From assembly GCA_963850305.1 (NCBI GenBank), contig CAWKKR010000007.1, positions 416,001 through 480,000 of the forward strand: 64,000 nt of DNA, in the 5' to 3' direction. Below the pieces are notes generated by a model. That model ran no database searches. It saw only the letters and a program-made list of their open reading frames with translations, and was not told the DNA's origin. Made by a program: the position numbers and the translations under genes. Shown one piece after another: positions 17,923 to 32,705 of the stretch. Within the stretch, counting starts at the first letter, position 1; each line of letters starts with the position of its first letter. This DNA comes from an uncultured delta proteobacterium (GTDB lineage: Bacteria > Myxococcota_A > Polyangia > Polyangiales > Polyangiaceae).

Positions 17923-20034
17923 TCACGCCTGGCGCGGACGGACGAGGCACACGACGGCGTGGGCGTCGACCGGCACGTTTTCTCCTGCTGCGACGCGAGC
18001 AGCGCTGTCGGTCGCGAACCCGCCGACGGTGTCGAACACGAGCCGCCACGGCTCGTGGTTCAACGTCTTCGGTACGACGAACTCGATCGGTGACGAGCCG
18101 GCGTTGAAGAGCACGTAGAAGCTGTCGTCGACGATCTGATCGCCCCGTGGATCCGGGCTGTCGATGCCGTCGCCGTTCAGGAAGACACCGAGGGCACGCG
18201 CGAACGTTACCGTCCAGTCCTGGTCCGACATCTCCGTGCCATCGGGCTTGAACCAGCCGATGTCCGTGAGGTTGGAGCCGCGGATCGACCGGCCCTCGAA
18301 CCACCGTCGCCGGCTGAACACCGGGTGCCGCCGCCGGAACGCGACGAGCCTCGTGACGAAGTCCCTGAGGTTGACGTCAATCTGGTCCCAGCGAACCCAG
18401 GAGAGCGGGCTGTCCTGGCAATATGCGTTGTTGTTGCCCCGCTGCGTCCGTCCGAGTTCGTCGCCCGAGAGGATCATCGGCACCCCTTGCGAGAGGAGGA
18501 GCGTCGCGAAGAAGTTCCGCTGGTGTCTTTTCCTCAGCGACAGGATCTGCGGGTCGTTCGTGTCGCCCTCGACGCCGGAGTTCCAGGAGCGATTGTGAGG
18601 CTCGCCGTCGCGGTTGTCTTCCCCGTTCGCTTCGTTGTGCTTTTCCGAGTAGCTCACGAGATCGCGGAGCGTAAAGCCGTCGTGGCACGTGACGAAATTG
18701 ATGCTCGCGTGCGGGCTACGCCGAGCGGATGCGTAGAGGTCCGAGCTTCCCGTGAGCCTGTTCGCGAACTCGCCGAGCGTCCGTTCGGCTCCGCGCCAGA
18801 AGTCGCGCACGGTGTCCCGGTACTGGCCGTTCCACTCCGACCACAGCACCGGGAAGTTGCCGACCTGGTATCCACCTTCGCCGACGTCCCACGGCTCTGC
18901 GATGAGCTTTACCTGGCTGATGATGGGGTCTTGCTGGATCAGATCGAAGAACGCGGACAGCCGATCGACCTCATGAAGCTCGCGCGCGAGCGCCGCGGCG
19001 AGATCGAACCGAAAGCCATCCACGTGCATCTCCTGCACCCAGTATCGGAGCGAATCCATGACGAGCTGGAGCACGTATGGATTTCGCATGTTGAGGCTGT
19101 TGCCCGTGCCCGTGTAGTCGACGTATCGGCTTGGGTCCGCTGCGACGCGGTAGTACGAGGCGTTGTCGAACCCGCGGAAGCACGCGGTCGGGCCGCGATA
19201 GTCGCCTTCGCCCGTGTGGTTGTACACGACGTCGAGAAGCACTTCGATCCCCGCTTGGTGCAGGGTTTTCACCATCTGCTTGAACTCGAGCACCTGTTCG
19301 CCGGCGTCTCCCGAGCTCGAGTATTCGTTGTGCGGCGAGAAATAGCCGATGGAATTGTAGCCCCAATAATTCCTGAGCCCGAGCTTCGCGAGCCGTTCGT
19401 CGTGAATGAAATGGTGCACGGGCATCAGCTCGATCGCCGTGACGCCGAGATCTTTCAACGTGTCGATGACGACCGGGTGCGCGAGCCCGGCGTACGTGCC
19501 GCGGAGGTTCTCCGGCACGCGCGAATGAAGCATGGTCAGCCCCTTCACGTGGGCTTCATAGATCACCGTCTTGTGCCACGGTGTCCGCGGCCGCCGATCG
19601 TCGCCCCACACGAAGTAGGGACTCACCACGATGCTCCGCGGCACGACGGGCGCCGAATCCACGCCGTGCGTCGTCGACTCCTTTCCGGCATCACCCCAGC
19701 GGAACTGTCCGGAGATGGCCTTCGCGTAGGGGTCCAGCAACAGCTTCGACGGGTCGCACCGATGACCAAGCTCGGGCGCGTAGGGTCCTTGTACGCGGAA
19801 GCCGTAGCGACGGCCGGGGCGGCATCCGGGGAGGTACCCGTGCCAGACCTGGCCCGTCACTTCCGGCAGGTTGACGCGCGTCTCAGAGCCGTCCTGTGCG
19901 AACAAGCAGAGCTCCACCCGCTCCGCGACGCCCGAAAAGACGGCGAAGTTCGTCCCCGCCCCATCGAACGTGGCCCCGAGCGGGTAGGGCGAGCCCGGCC
20001 AGAGGTTCGCGGCGGGGGGTACACTGCTCCGCAA
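17923..20034 (-). CDS. glgX: Glycogen debranching enzyme (GH13)
   Basis: PYPLGATFDG, NYWGYNSIGYF, DVVYNHTGEG, DGFRFDLA, IAEPWDVG, NFVTCHDGFTL. Confidence 0.97.
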   Translation of the reverse strand: MRSSVPPAANLWPGSPYPLGATFDGAGTNFAVFSGVAERVELCLFAQDGSETRVNLPEVTGQVWHGYLPGCRPGRRYGFRVQGPYAPELGHRCDPSKLLLDPYAKAISGQFRWGDAGKESTTHGVDSAPVVPRSIVVSPYFVWGDDRRPRTPWHKTVIYEAHVKGLTMLHSRVPENLRGTYAGLAHPVVIDTLKDLGVTAIELMPVHHFIHDERLAKLGLRNYWGYNSIGYFSPHNEYSSSGDAGEQVLEFKQMVKTLHQAGIEVLLDVVYNHTGEGDYRGPTACFRGFDNASYYRVAADPSRYVDYTGTGNSLNMRNPYVLQLVMDSLRYWVQEMHVDGFRFDLAAALARELHEVDRLSAFFDLIQQDPIISQVKLIAEPWDVGEGGYQVGNFPVLWSEWNGQYRDTVRDFWRGAERTLGEFANRLTGSSDLYASARRSPHASINFVTCHDGFTLRDLVSYSEKHNEANGEDNRDGEPHNRSWNSGVEGDTNDPQILSLRKRHQRNFFATLLLSQGVPMILSGDELGRTQRGNNNAYCQDSPLSWVRWDQIDVNLRDFVTRLVAFRRRHPVFSRRRWFEGRSIRGSNLTDIGWFKPDGTEMSDQDWTVTFARALGVFLNGDGIDSPDPRGDQIVDDSFYVLFNAGSSPIEFVVPKTLNHEPWRLVFDTVGGFATDSAARVAAGENVPVDAHAVVCLVRPRQA

Positions 20035-20079
20035 GGGAATGACTTTAGCCTAGCTTGAGCCGCCCCACCGTCGCAAAGC

Positions 20080-24116
<4,037 letters not shown>

Positions 24117-24248
24117 AGCGCCGCGCCGCGCGGAGTCCAGACGGCCATCCTTGGATTCGAACACCAGGCCGGTGTGGCGGTTCGCACGTTCGCGTCGCGC
24201 TGAAGTTTTTCTAGCAACCCGCCGCTGCGCATTGCCGACCAGGGCGCC

Positions 24249-26228
24249 ATGCGGAAAAAACTCTTGCTGGGATCCTTTCTGGCGCTCGAGGCGCTCTGCT
24301 TGGGCGCGTGTTCGGGGCCGCGCTTCACGTGCGAAGCCACCCACAGCTGCACCGGAGACAACGCGCAACCGGACGCGTCGCCAGGCGGTAGTCCTGACGG
24401 CGCGTCCGCCACGGCGAACGGCACCGGAGGAGGGAGCAACTCCGAGGGCAACGCCAGTGGCGGAGCCCCCATGGACCGATCGGATGCGGGATCGCGCCTT
24501 TCGAATACCGGCGGCGCTAGACCGAGCGGCGCTGAAACTGGCGGGGCCGCGGACGCATCCACCGGGGGCAACCCGAGCGCCGGCGGAACCGACACCGGGC
24601 CCGACGCGGGATCGGGGATCTCGCAGCCTGGGCTCACCGCGGACTCGGGCACCAAGATCGTGACGCCGCCGCCCCCGGACCCGTGTCTCAAGTGTGCAAG
24701 CATCGCGACCTGCACGCGCAGCGGCGACGCGGCATTATGCACGTGTCCGTCGGGCTACGACGGCAATGGTGAGAGCTGCACCCGCAATTACTGTGAAGCG
24801 CTTTCAGGGCAGGCAGCGCCGTGCTCGGCGCACGCGACGTGCACATCCGGGTCGACGGCCGCCGTCTGTGAGTGCCTCGCCGGCTATGATGGCAATGGCG
24901 TCACGTGCAGCCGGAACTATTGCGAGCCGCTCGCGGGGCAAACCGCAACCTGCGGCGCGAACATGACCTGCGCCTCAGGGACGAGCAGCGCGACCTGTAC
25001 GTGCAAAGCCGGCTTCTCGAGCTGCGATGGCGCGAGCGATCCGTCACCGGGTTGCGAAACCAATATCGAGACCAGCTCGAAAGACTGCGGCAGCTGTGGC
25101 CTGGCATGCGCCGGGAAGTCGACCTGCTCGGGCGGCAAATGCACGCAAGCCGTGACGAAGCTCGCCGGGGGTAGCGTGACGATGTGCGCGATCCTCGCTC
25201 CCGCACCGGGGGCAGGCGGCGGGGTGGTCGACTGCTGGGGCTCGAACGAGTACGGCACGCTGGGGGTGACGAGTACCACTCAGAACAATACGACCCCGAC
25301 GCCCGTCGCGATCGCGCCGCTCGCGCGGGACCTCGCCCTTGGGTATGCCCACACCTGCGCTCTCTCCGCGCTTTCCGACACCGTCTCTTGCTGGGGTGCC
25401 AATGGCGCGGACCAGCTGGGGTCCAGCGGGACCGTGCCCGCAGGAACGGCCGTTCAAGTAGCCGTCACGGGCGCAACCGCTGTAGCCGCCAGCGCCGGCG
25501 GGACCTGCGTGCTCACGCAAACGGGACGCGTCGTGTGCTGGGGAAGTTCTTCGACGATCGGGTCGAACACTACGACGACTCCGAGCCCAACCAGCGTTCC
25601 AGGCATCACGGACGCGAATGCCATCGTCGGTGGATACATCGGCACCTGCGTCATTCGTGCGCTGGACGGGTCGGCGCTGTGCTGGGGAACAGGACCATTC
25701 ACGCAGACTCCCGCTCCCGTCGATGATGCCACCGGAAACCTCGTGACGAACATCGTCTCGATGTCCATCGGATATAATTTCTATTGTCTCGCGAAGAAGG
25801 ACGGCGCCGTGGCATGCGCGGGGGACAACGCGGTGGGGGAGCTAGGGCAAGGCGATGTCGCGGCCCACACGGCGCTCGTCACGGTCCCAGGTTTGAGCGG
25901 CGTCGCACAGGTGGCCTCGGCCCCAACATCGACTTGCGCGAGAACGGCCTCGGGGTTGCTGTATTGCTGGGGGAACTCGTCCTTCGGGCAGCTCGGGTTG
26001 GGCCCGGCCGTCGTCACGCCCCACGCGGACGGCGGCGTTTACGTTGCCACTCCGACGCTCGTCCCTGGCCTTCACGGCGTCGTCGAAGTCGCCGGTGGGT
26101 TCGAGGACACCTGCGTGCGCCTGAACAACGCGCAGCTCGAGTGCTTTGGCGACAACGAAGGCGGCCAGGTCGGCGATGGTACCGAGATCCAGCGGTACAG
26201 CCCCGTGAGCGTCGCGGGACTGCCGTAG
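24249..26228 (+). CDS. Lipoprotein with EGF-like Cys repeats and RCC1-like beta-propeller
   Basis: Lipobox LGAC; Gly/Ser/Thr linker; CTCPSGYDGNGESC repeats; CGSCGLAC; repeated CWGxNxxGQLG. Confidence 0.88.
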   Translation: MRKKLLLGSFLALEALCLGACSGPRFTCEATHSCTGDNAQPDASPGGSPDGASATANGTGGGSNSEGNASGGAPMDRSDAGSRLSNTGGARPSGAETGGAADASTGGNPSAGGTDTGPDAGSGISQPGLTADSGTKIVTPPPPDPCLKCASIATCTRSGDAALCTCPSGYDGNGESCTRNYCEALSGQAAPCSAHATCTSGSTAAVCECLAGYDGNGVTCSRNYCEPLAGQTATCGANMTCASGTSSATCTCKAGFSSCDGASDPSPGCETNIETSSKDCGSCGLACAGKSTCSGGKCTQAVTKLAGGSVTMCAILAPAPGAGGGVVDCWGSNEYGTLGVTSTTQNNTTPTPVAIAPLARDLALGYAHTCALSALSDTVSCWGANGADQLGSSGTVPAGTAVQVAVTGATAVAASAGGTCVLTQTGRVVCWGSSSTIGSNTTTTPSPTSVPGITDANAIVGGYIGTCVIRALDGSALCWGTGPFTQTPAPVDDATGNLVTNIVSMSIGYNFYCLAKKDGAVACAGDNAVGELGQGDVAAHTALVTVPGLSGVAQVASAPTSTCARTASGLLYCWGNSSFGQLGLGPAVVTPHADGGVYVATPTLVPGLHGVVEVAGGFEDTCVRLNNAQLECFGDNEGGQVGDGTEIQRYSPVSVAGLP

Positions 26229-26414
26229 CGTCGCGCTCGATAGCCAAGGGAATACGGGAGGAGCAGGCGCTCGAAGACCGTCGTTGAACGGCCCCGCGGC
26301 TGCTACCATGCGGTCCGGGTCGCCGCGCACTACGGTCCCTACGGTCGCTGGCACCGGGGGCACTGAGTCTGCGGCGGGCCGCGCACCGTCGTCGTGGTTC
26401 GATAGAAAACCCCA

Positions 26415-27572
26415 ATGCGTCCGCTCGAAGGCGTTCGTGTCCTCGACCTCTCCCGGTTGCTTCCCGGGCCATTCGCCACCGTCGTTCTCGCGGACCTCGG
26501 TGCCACCGTCGACAAGGTGGAAGACCCCGAGCTCGGCGACTACATGCGCCACGCGCCACCGCAAGCAGACGGGACCAGCGTTGCGTTCCATGGCTTGAAT
26601 CGCGGCAAGCGGAGCCTCGTCTTGAATTTGAAGAGAGAGCGAGGCGCGCGGACCTTTCGGCGGCTCGCTGCGAGCTACGATGTCGTCGTCGATCAGTTCC
26701 GCCCCGGGGTGATGGACCGGCTCGGGCTCTCACACGCCGCGCTCCTGGTCGAACATCCTCGCCTCATCATCTGCGCGCTAACCGGGTACGGCCAATCGGG
26801 CCCGCTTCGTGATCGCGCGGGCCACGATCTCAACTATCTCGCGCGAGCGGGGATTCTCGGCCTCATGGGTCCCGTGGATCGGCCGCCGCAGTTGCCGTCG
26901 TTCCAGCTTGCGGACATCGGAGGTGGCCTCTGGAGCATCATCGCGATCCTCGCGGCGCTTCGCGAACGCGATCGCACGGGCTGCGGGCGCGTGCTCGATA
27001 TCGCGATGACCGATTCGGTGATCCCGTTCGCGACCGTTGGCCTGGCCCGCCTTCTCGGTGGCGAGATGCCCGCGCGCGGCGCGGAATACCTCACGGGAGG
27101 AGTCGCCGGGTACAATACGTACTTCACCAAGGATGGGGGCGCCGTGGCGCTTGGTGCGCTCGAGCCGAAGTTTCTCGCGCGGTTCTGCGCAGGAGCGGGC
27201 CTGGAGTTCGATCCTCTGGCCATAGTGCCTGGTCCGCACCAGGCCGGGTTGAAGGCTCGGTATGCGGAGGTGTTCGCGACCCGGACGCGCACCGAGTGGG
27301 AAGAGTTCGGCAAGCTTCATGACTGCTGTCTCGAGCCGGTATTGAGGCCGGACGAGCTGCTCGGGGACCCTCAGCTGGCCGCGCGCGGCGTGTTCGCGCA
27401 GACGGAAGCGGGTGGAACGCCCCTCTACGAATATCGAACCCCGGTCACTCCAGGAGACCTGCCGCTGGCGCCGTCGCCGAAGACCGGGGCGGACACCGAT
27501 TCGATACTGAAGGACGCCGGCTTTTCGGCGGCCGACATCGCCGAGCTCCGAGCCGCGGGCGTCGTGGGATAG
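26415..27572 (+). CDS. CaiB/BaiF family III CoA-transferase (alpha-methylacyl-CoA racemase-like)
   Basis: PLEGVRVLDLSRLLPGP, LNRGKRS, FRPGVMDRLG, AGHDLNYLA, ADIGGG. Confidence 0.93.
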   Translation: MRPLEGVRVLDLSRLLPGPFATVVLADLGATVDKVEDPELGDYMRHAPPQADGTSVAFHGLNRGKRSLVLNLKRERGARTFRRLAASYDVVVDQFRPGVMDRLGLSHAALLVEHPRLIICALTGYGQSGPLRDRAGHDLNYLARAGILGLMGPVDRPPQLPSFQLADIGGGLWSIIAILAALRERDRTGCGRVLDIAMTDSVIPFATVGLARLLGGEMPARGAEYLTGGVAGYNTYFTKDGGAVALGALEPKFLARFCAGAGLEFDPLAIVPGPHQAGLKARYAEVFATRTRTEWEEFGKLHDCCLEPVLRPDELLGDPQLAARGVFAQTEAGGTPLYEYRTPVTPGDLPLAPSPKTGADTDSILKDAGFSAADIAELRAAGVVG

Positions 27573-27593
27573 TCCCTGAATCCTCTGCCCGCG

Positions 27594-28724
27594 TCAGCTC
27601 TTCTCCAGCTCGTCGAGGAAGTCCTGATCCGAGATCAGATGCTTTCGGAGCAGCGACGACAAGAGGGCAGCGAACATCGCTTCCCAGCGGGGTTTCTCCC
27701 CGATGATTTCACTCGCGTCCACGCCGCGCGCGGCGGCACGCAGGGCGGCGACGATGTCGCGCGCCGTCAAGCGATCGCCAGCGCCTGGTAACGACGGCTC
27801 GGTCGGGGGTTCTTCTTTCCTTTTTCCCTTCGCCGGAACATTGATGGTCGTTCCGTCCAGCAGGGTGAGGGCGATCATCTTCCGGCCGAGCTTCGGTGGT
27901 GCCTTCTGGGCGTGGTCGCCGGCGCGCTTTCCCGGCTGAAATTCTGGCTTGCTGTCCTGATCGCCGGTGCTGGAGGGCGCCGATGGGCCCGGGCGCGATC
28001 GCGACGCGTCGGGCGACGAGGGGGGAGTGGATGCACGTGGCGAGGAAATGGGCGGGGTCGATGCTCGCGGTGGGGACGGAGGCGCGAGGGGCGCCACATT
28101 CGCGGGGGCCCGAGGGCCGTCGACCGGCGCCCCGGCGGCCGGCGTTTCGGCGCGCGCCAGCAGAGCCTGGCGCGAGTGCGAGTGGATGCCCGTCGGGACG
28201 TCTTCCTCCTCGGTGTCGTCGAGGGGCGGAAGTGGCGATGGTGCGCGCACCTCGGCCGGGGGCTTCGGTGGTTGTCCCACACCGTAATATGTCCGGATCG
28301 CGTTACGAATGTCCGAGGGCGGGGCGATCATCGCGCGCACGTGCAAGCCCGAACGCTCGCCTACTTCGTTCAACGCCTGCGCGTTCGTGGGATCGTCCAT
28401 GGCTATGTAAAGCGCATCGCCGAGTCCGCGGACGCGCCTGACGTAGATGGGAATGAGGCAATAGCGCTCGACGAGATCGACCGTGACGAGCTTCAGGAGG
28501 TCTCGCGAAAAGTCGATGTGGTGCAGGGACACCCAGGGGACGCTGAGCTGCTGACTCAGTATCTGGGTGACCTGAGTCTCGGACACGAGGCCGGTCTCCA
28601 CCAGCAAGCTGCCGAGTCGCTTTCCGACCCGGCGCTGCTCCACAAGTGCCTCCTCGAGCTGTGCATTGGACACGAGCCCGGCTCGGACCAAAAGCTCGCC
28701 CAGCCGTACGCGCGGGGTCTCCAT
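27594..28724 (-). CDS. Stand-alone MshEN (GspE/PilB N-terminal) domain protein
   Basis: Tandem RLGELLVRAGLVS..QLEEALVEQ and RLGSLLVETGLVS motifs, IAMDDP; Pro-rich linker; no Walker A motif. Confidence 0.85.
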   Translation of the reverse strand: METPRVRLGELLVRAGLVSNAQLEEALVEQRRVGKRLGSLLVETGLVSETQVTQILSQQLSVPWVSLHHIDFSRDLLKLVTVDLVERYCLIPIYVRRVRGLGDALYIAMDDPTNAQALNEVGERSGLHVRAMIAPPSDIRNAIRTYYGVGQPPKPPAEVRAPSPLPPLDDTEEEDVPTGIHSHSRQALLARAETPAAGAPVDGPRAPANVAPLAPPSPPRASTPPISSPRASTPPSSPDASRSRPGPSAPSSTGDQDSKPEFQPGKRAGDHAQKAPPKLGRKMIALTLLDGTTINVPAKGKRKEEPPTEPSLPGAGDRLTARDIVAALRAAARGVDASEIIGEKPRWEAMFAALLSSLLRKHLISDQDFLDELEKS

Positions 28725-28842
28725 ACGCCCTTTAAGCTACTCCGCCCGCGCTAAACGAGCCAGAATGCTGCGGGATCCGGACTACAAAAGCGGCGATTCT
28801 AGGCCACCCCGCGCCGGGGAAATATGGCATTCTCCGACGGCG

Positions 28843-31503
28843 ATGCGTCCGTGCCCGCAATGTGGGACTGCCTGCGAGACGTCGCATCAATATTGCCCGG
28901 GGTGCGGATTTCCCATAGGAGCCGTCGCTGTAAATAGCGAGGACAAGCTCGTCGGGCGTACGCTCCCCGGCGGGTACCTCGTCCTCGACCTGATCAGCGT
29001 CGGAGGCATGGGCCGCGTCTATCGTGCCGAGCAGCGCGCGCTCGGACGGACCGTTGCGGTCAAGGTCATCCACCCGCATCTCCTCGCCGACGAGAACTCG
29101 ATCGTGCGGTTCATGACCGAGGCTCGTGCCGCGAGTCAGCTGAATCACCCGAACTCCGTGAGTGTCATCGACTTCGGGCGGACCGACGATGGGCAGCCCT
29201 ATCTCGTGATGGAGTTCCTGCGCGGCAAAGATCTCGCTCGAGTCGCCTACGAGCAGGGGCCACTGCCATTCAAGCGTATCGTCGACGTGCTCGGGCAAAC
29301 GCTGATGGCCTTGAGCGAAGCGCATGATCTCGGCATCGTTCATCGGGATCTCAAGCCCGAGAACATCATCCTGGAGCCGCTCCGCAGGGGCGGCGATTTC
29401 GTCAAGGTCGTCGATTTCGGGCTCGCCAAACTGAAGGCGGATTCCGCGACCGCGACGAACGTCACGATGCCCGGGATCGTGTGCGGAACGCCGGACTACA
29501 TGGCTCCCGAGCAAGGCCGTGGCGATCCCATCGATGGTCGCAGCGACCTCTACGCGATCGGGGTCATCCTCTTTCAGCTCCTCACGGGCAGACTTCCGTT
29601 CGAGGCCGACAGCCCCACGCAAGTCGTGATGATGCACATCACCGTTCCGGTACCCGACCCGCGCCAGGTCGTTCCGGAACGCAACATCCCAGAGTCGCTG
29701 GCCCGCATCGTCATGACGGCGATGAGTAAGGACGCAAAGGAGCGATACCAGGATGCGCTGGAGTTCGCGGACGCGCTTCAGACCTCGCTCGACGATTCGC
29801 GTACCGTGAAGTCGAGCAAGCCCGCGACGGCGTCCCTCCGCCCGACGTCGACCGTCGAATGCCGGGTGTGCACGTCCATGGTTCCCAAGACGCGCTTTTG
29901 CTGCGAGTGCGGCGCGCGCCTCCCCGTGAAGAGCGACTCGAGCGTCCCCACCGCGGCACCGACCTTTCCCCTTCCGTTCGTGGGAAGGGAAGAGGACCTG
30001 GCGTGGCTCGGTGATCGTCGCCGGGAAGCGGAAGGCAAGGTCGTCGGAGCGCGACTCGTTGGGGAGCACGGAGTCGGCAAGACGAGGCTGCTCTCCGAGT
30101 TTCTGGAAATCGTGGCCGCAAAGGGTGACGAGGTGGTGCGTGCCGGCCCTGACCCGTACTGGGCCGAGGTAGCTTATTACGCGCTCCGGAAGGCGATCAC
30201 CGGGCTCGCTCGGCTGGACGTGACTTCAGGAGCAAGGCGTAGTTGGGACGGCGCGTCGGCCGCCGCGCGTCGCGGGCTCGAGGAGGTTTACAGCGGTATC
30301 CCGTCGCGTTCGGACGTCAGGATGCCGATCGAGCGGCGCTCGGATCTCGCCGAGGCCCTCCGGTGGGCGATGCAACGCGCCGCGATGCTGACGAAACCCC
30401 AGCGCGTCGTGTTGGCCATCGATGATCTGCAGAGCATCGACGGTTCGAGTCGCCGAGCCTTCGCGGACGTGCTCGGCGAACCGCCCGGCGGCCTCAGCCT
30501 GCTCGTACTCGGGGCACATGCTCCCGGGTTCGACGCGGGTTGGGGCGCCGCCCATGCGGCTCACGTCGTCAGCGGGCTCCCCCCGCCGGTGGTGACGCGC
30601 CTTCTCCAGGCGACGCGCCCGAGCGACCGCATGGGGGCGCTCACGGAGAACGGAATGCGCGGGATCCACCCGCTCTATGTCGAGCAGCTGCTGCGGTTCA
30701 CGCTCGAGGGTGGCTCCGAACCGCCACCCCGTCTCGCCGATCTCATCAGTCACCGCATGGCGACGCTCGAGCCGCGCGCACGTCGTGTGATGCAGGCGCT
30801 CGGCGTACTGGGTGATTCGGTCGAGGCCGAGGGCATCGGTGAGGTGCTCGGGCGCCCCGATGGGATCGAGGAGACCCTCGCGGAGCTCATCGCAGCGGGC
30901 ATGGTGGTCCGGGAAGGCGGTACGCACTCGCTTTCCCACCCGCTCGTTCGCGAGCTCGTGCTCGGTGCCATCCCGGCCGAGGTGCGCCGCGATCTCCACG
31001 CGCGCGCCGTCCGCGTGTACGAGAAGCGAGAAGCCCCCATCGAGGCACGTGCACTTCACGCTTTTTATGCACAGGCGACACTCGAGGCATTACTGCTCCT
31101 CGAACAGGTCGCCGAGCGCGCGCTCGCCCGCGACGACGTGACCGCGGGGGTGGACGCTCTCCGCCGGGCGCTCGAGCTGGCGCGCGCGGATGTTTACCGC
31201 GGCGAGCTCGACGACCCGCTGCGCGCCGTTGCGATCTTCGCGCGCAAGCTCGGGGACGCGCTGATCCGCGGTGGTTCGTTCTCGGATGCCGAGGGGGTAC
31301 TTCGCGAAGCGCTGCATGTCGCCGGGCCGACCGGCGCCGAACGCGCAAACCTGCTTGCGTCGCTCGCGCGTGTGGCACACGGCCGCGAACGTTCGGACGA
31401 AGCCTTCGGATTCATCGACGAGGCGATTGAGGTCGCGCGCCGTTCCGGGTCGCACGAACTGCTTTCGTCCCTGACGAACACGCGACGCGCCTGGGTTTCG
31501 TGA
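28843..31503 (+). CDS. Ser/Thr kinase with zinc ribbons, AAA-type ATPase and TPR-like C-terminus
   Basis: CPQC..CPGC; GGMGRVY, HRDLKPEN, DFGLA, GTPDYMAPE; CRVC..CCEC; FVGRE and GEHGVGKT Walker A. Confidence 0.93.
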   Translation: MRPCPQCGTACETSHQYCPGCGFPIGAVAVNSEDKLVGRTLPGGYLVLDLISVGGMGRVYRAEQRALGRTVAVKVIHPHLLADENSIVRFMTEARAASQLNHPNSVSVIDFGRTDDGQPYLVMEFLRGKDLARVAYEQGPLPFKRIVDVLGQTLMALSEAHDLGIVHRDLKPENIILEPLRRGGDFVKVVDFGLAKLKADSATATNVTMPGIVCGTPDYMAPEQGRGDPIDGRSDLYAIGVILFQLLTGRLPFEADSPTQVVMMHITVPVPDPRQVVPERNIPESLARIVMTAMSKDAKERYQDALEFADALQTSLDDSRTVKSSKPATASLRPTSTVECRVCTSMVPKTRFCCECGARLPVKSDSSVPTAAPTFPLPFVGREEDLAWLGDRRREAEGKVVGARLVGEHGVGKTRLLSEFLEIVAAKGDEVVRAGPDPYWAEVAYYALRKAITGLARLDVTSGARRSWDGASAAARRGLEEVYSGIPSRSDVRMPIERRSDLAEALRWAMQRAAMLTKPQRVVLAIDDLQSIDGSSRRAFADVLGEPPGGLSLLVLGAHAPGFDAGWGAAHAAHVVSGLPPPVVTRLLQATRPSDRMGALTENGMRGIHPLYVEQLLRFTLEGGSEPPPRLADLISHRMATLEPRARRVMQALGVLGDSVEAEGIGEVLGRPDGIEETLAELIAAGMVVREGGTHSLSHPLVRELVLGAIPAEVRRDLHARAVRVYEKREAPIEARALHAFYAQATLEALLLLEQVAERALARDDVTAGVDALRRALELARADVYRGELDDPLRAVAIFARKLGDALIRGGSFSDAEGVLREALHVAGPTGAERANLLASLARVAHGRERSDEAFGFIDEAIEVARRSGSHELLSSLTNTRRAWVS

Positions 31504-32552
31504 CGGCCGGCGCCGTCCCCCCGCTCGTCACGCGCTGGGACCTCGACAAGACGTATCTGCGCACGGAATTCGACACGATGGGCGACCTGTTGCGGAACGC
31601 GCTCGAGCGTCCGGAACAGAAGCGCGCCGTTCCCGGAGCCGCCGCCCTCCTTCACGCGCTGGGGAAGACAGCCGAGCGCGTGCACATTCTCTCGGGGAGT
31701 CCTCGACAGCTTCGAGGAAAACTCGAAGAGAAACTCCGGCTCGATCGTGTCCGGTGGGACGAACTCACGCTCAAGCCCAATCTGAGTAACCTCCTCAGAT
31801 TCCGGCTACGCGCCCTCCGAGATCAGCTCGGCTACAAGCTTCCGGTGCTTCTCGGTGCACGGAGCCGGGATCAGCATCTCGGCGTTTGCGGTCCACGTGA
31901 AGTCCTGGTCGGCGACGATGCCGAGGCCGATGCGTTCGTCTATTCCCTTTACGCGGACCTGTGCGACGGAACCGTCGGCCGAGAGTCGCTCATCGAAATT
32001 CTCGCGGCGGGGCGGGTGTACGCAGATCAGCGGGAGCAATGCCTCGCCGCGTACGACGCGATCCGGATCGGGCCTGCGGTGGAGCGCATCCTCATCCATC
32101 TGGATCGGCAAAGTCCACCGAGCACCTTCGATACCTACGGGCCTCGTGTCGTTCCCTTCTACAATTATCTTCAGGCCGCGTTCGTCCTGGCTGAAGACGG
32201 CTGGCTCGGCGGTGCTGCGATCATGGACGTCGCGACCGTCCTCTCGCAGCGGTACCGCTTCGACGGCGAAGCACTGGGACGAAGTTACCTCGACCTTCTG
32301 CGCCGGGGGCACGCCCGCGGCACCATCTTGCCGCTCCTCCGGGAAGGGCTGGCGGTCGTCAACGAGAGCTCTGCCGCACCGCAGGTCTCCATGCCCCTCG
32401 TCGAAATGACGGCCCTGGTGGAGGGGTATTTGCGCCGTGCGCCCGTCGAGGCAGGTGGCAGTCGAGTCTCGCGCGGAGCGGACTACGTCGAGCTTGCGTC
32501 TCGTCATCAGGGTGGCAAGAATAGAAAACGAATTCAAAGGCTTACTGGGTAA
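31500..32552 (+). CDS. HAD-superfamily phosphatase (App1/DUF2183-like)
   Basis: WDLDKTY (DxDxT), HILSGSP, GYKL, LVGDDAEAD; GTGA overlap with the kinase stop. Confidence 0.75.
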   Translation: MTAGAVPPLVTRWDLDKTYLRTEFDTMGDLLRNALERPEQKRAVPGAAALLHALGKTAERVHILSGSPRQLRGKLEEKLRLDRVRWDELTLKPNLSNLLRFRLRALRDQLGYKLPVLLGARSRDQHLGVCGPREVLVGDDAEADAFVYSLYADLCDGTVGRESLIEILAAGRVYADQREQCLAAYDAIRIGPAVERILIHLDRQSPPSTFDTYGPRVVPFYNYLQAAFVLAEDGWLGGAAIMDVATVLSQRYRFDGEALGRSYLDLLRRGHARGTILPLLREGLAVVNESSAAPQVSMPLVEMTALVEGYLRRAPVEAGGSRVSRGADYVELASRHQGGKNRKRIQRLTG

Positions 32553-32705
32553 GCCAGAACGGTCCAACCTGGGCCGACGCAATCTGGCAGAAGACCGCGG
32601 AGGCCGCGTTTTTCCGGGGAGCCCAGCCGCCGGAGTTCCGCTAGGCTCCCTCGCGCGCTAAGTACTGATTTCCTATCTTTTGACCGAAAGCTCCGGGGTC
32701 GCGAA

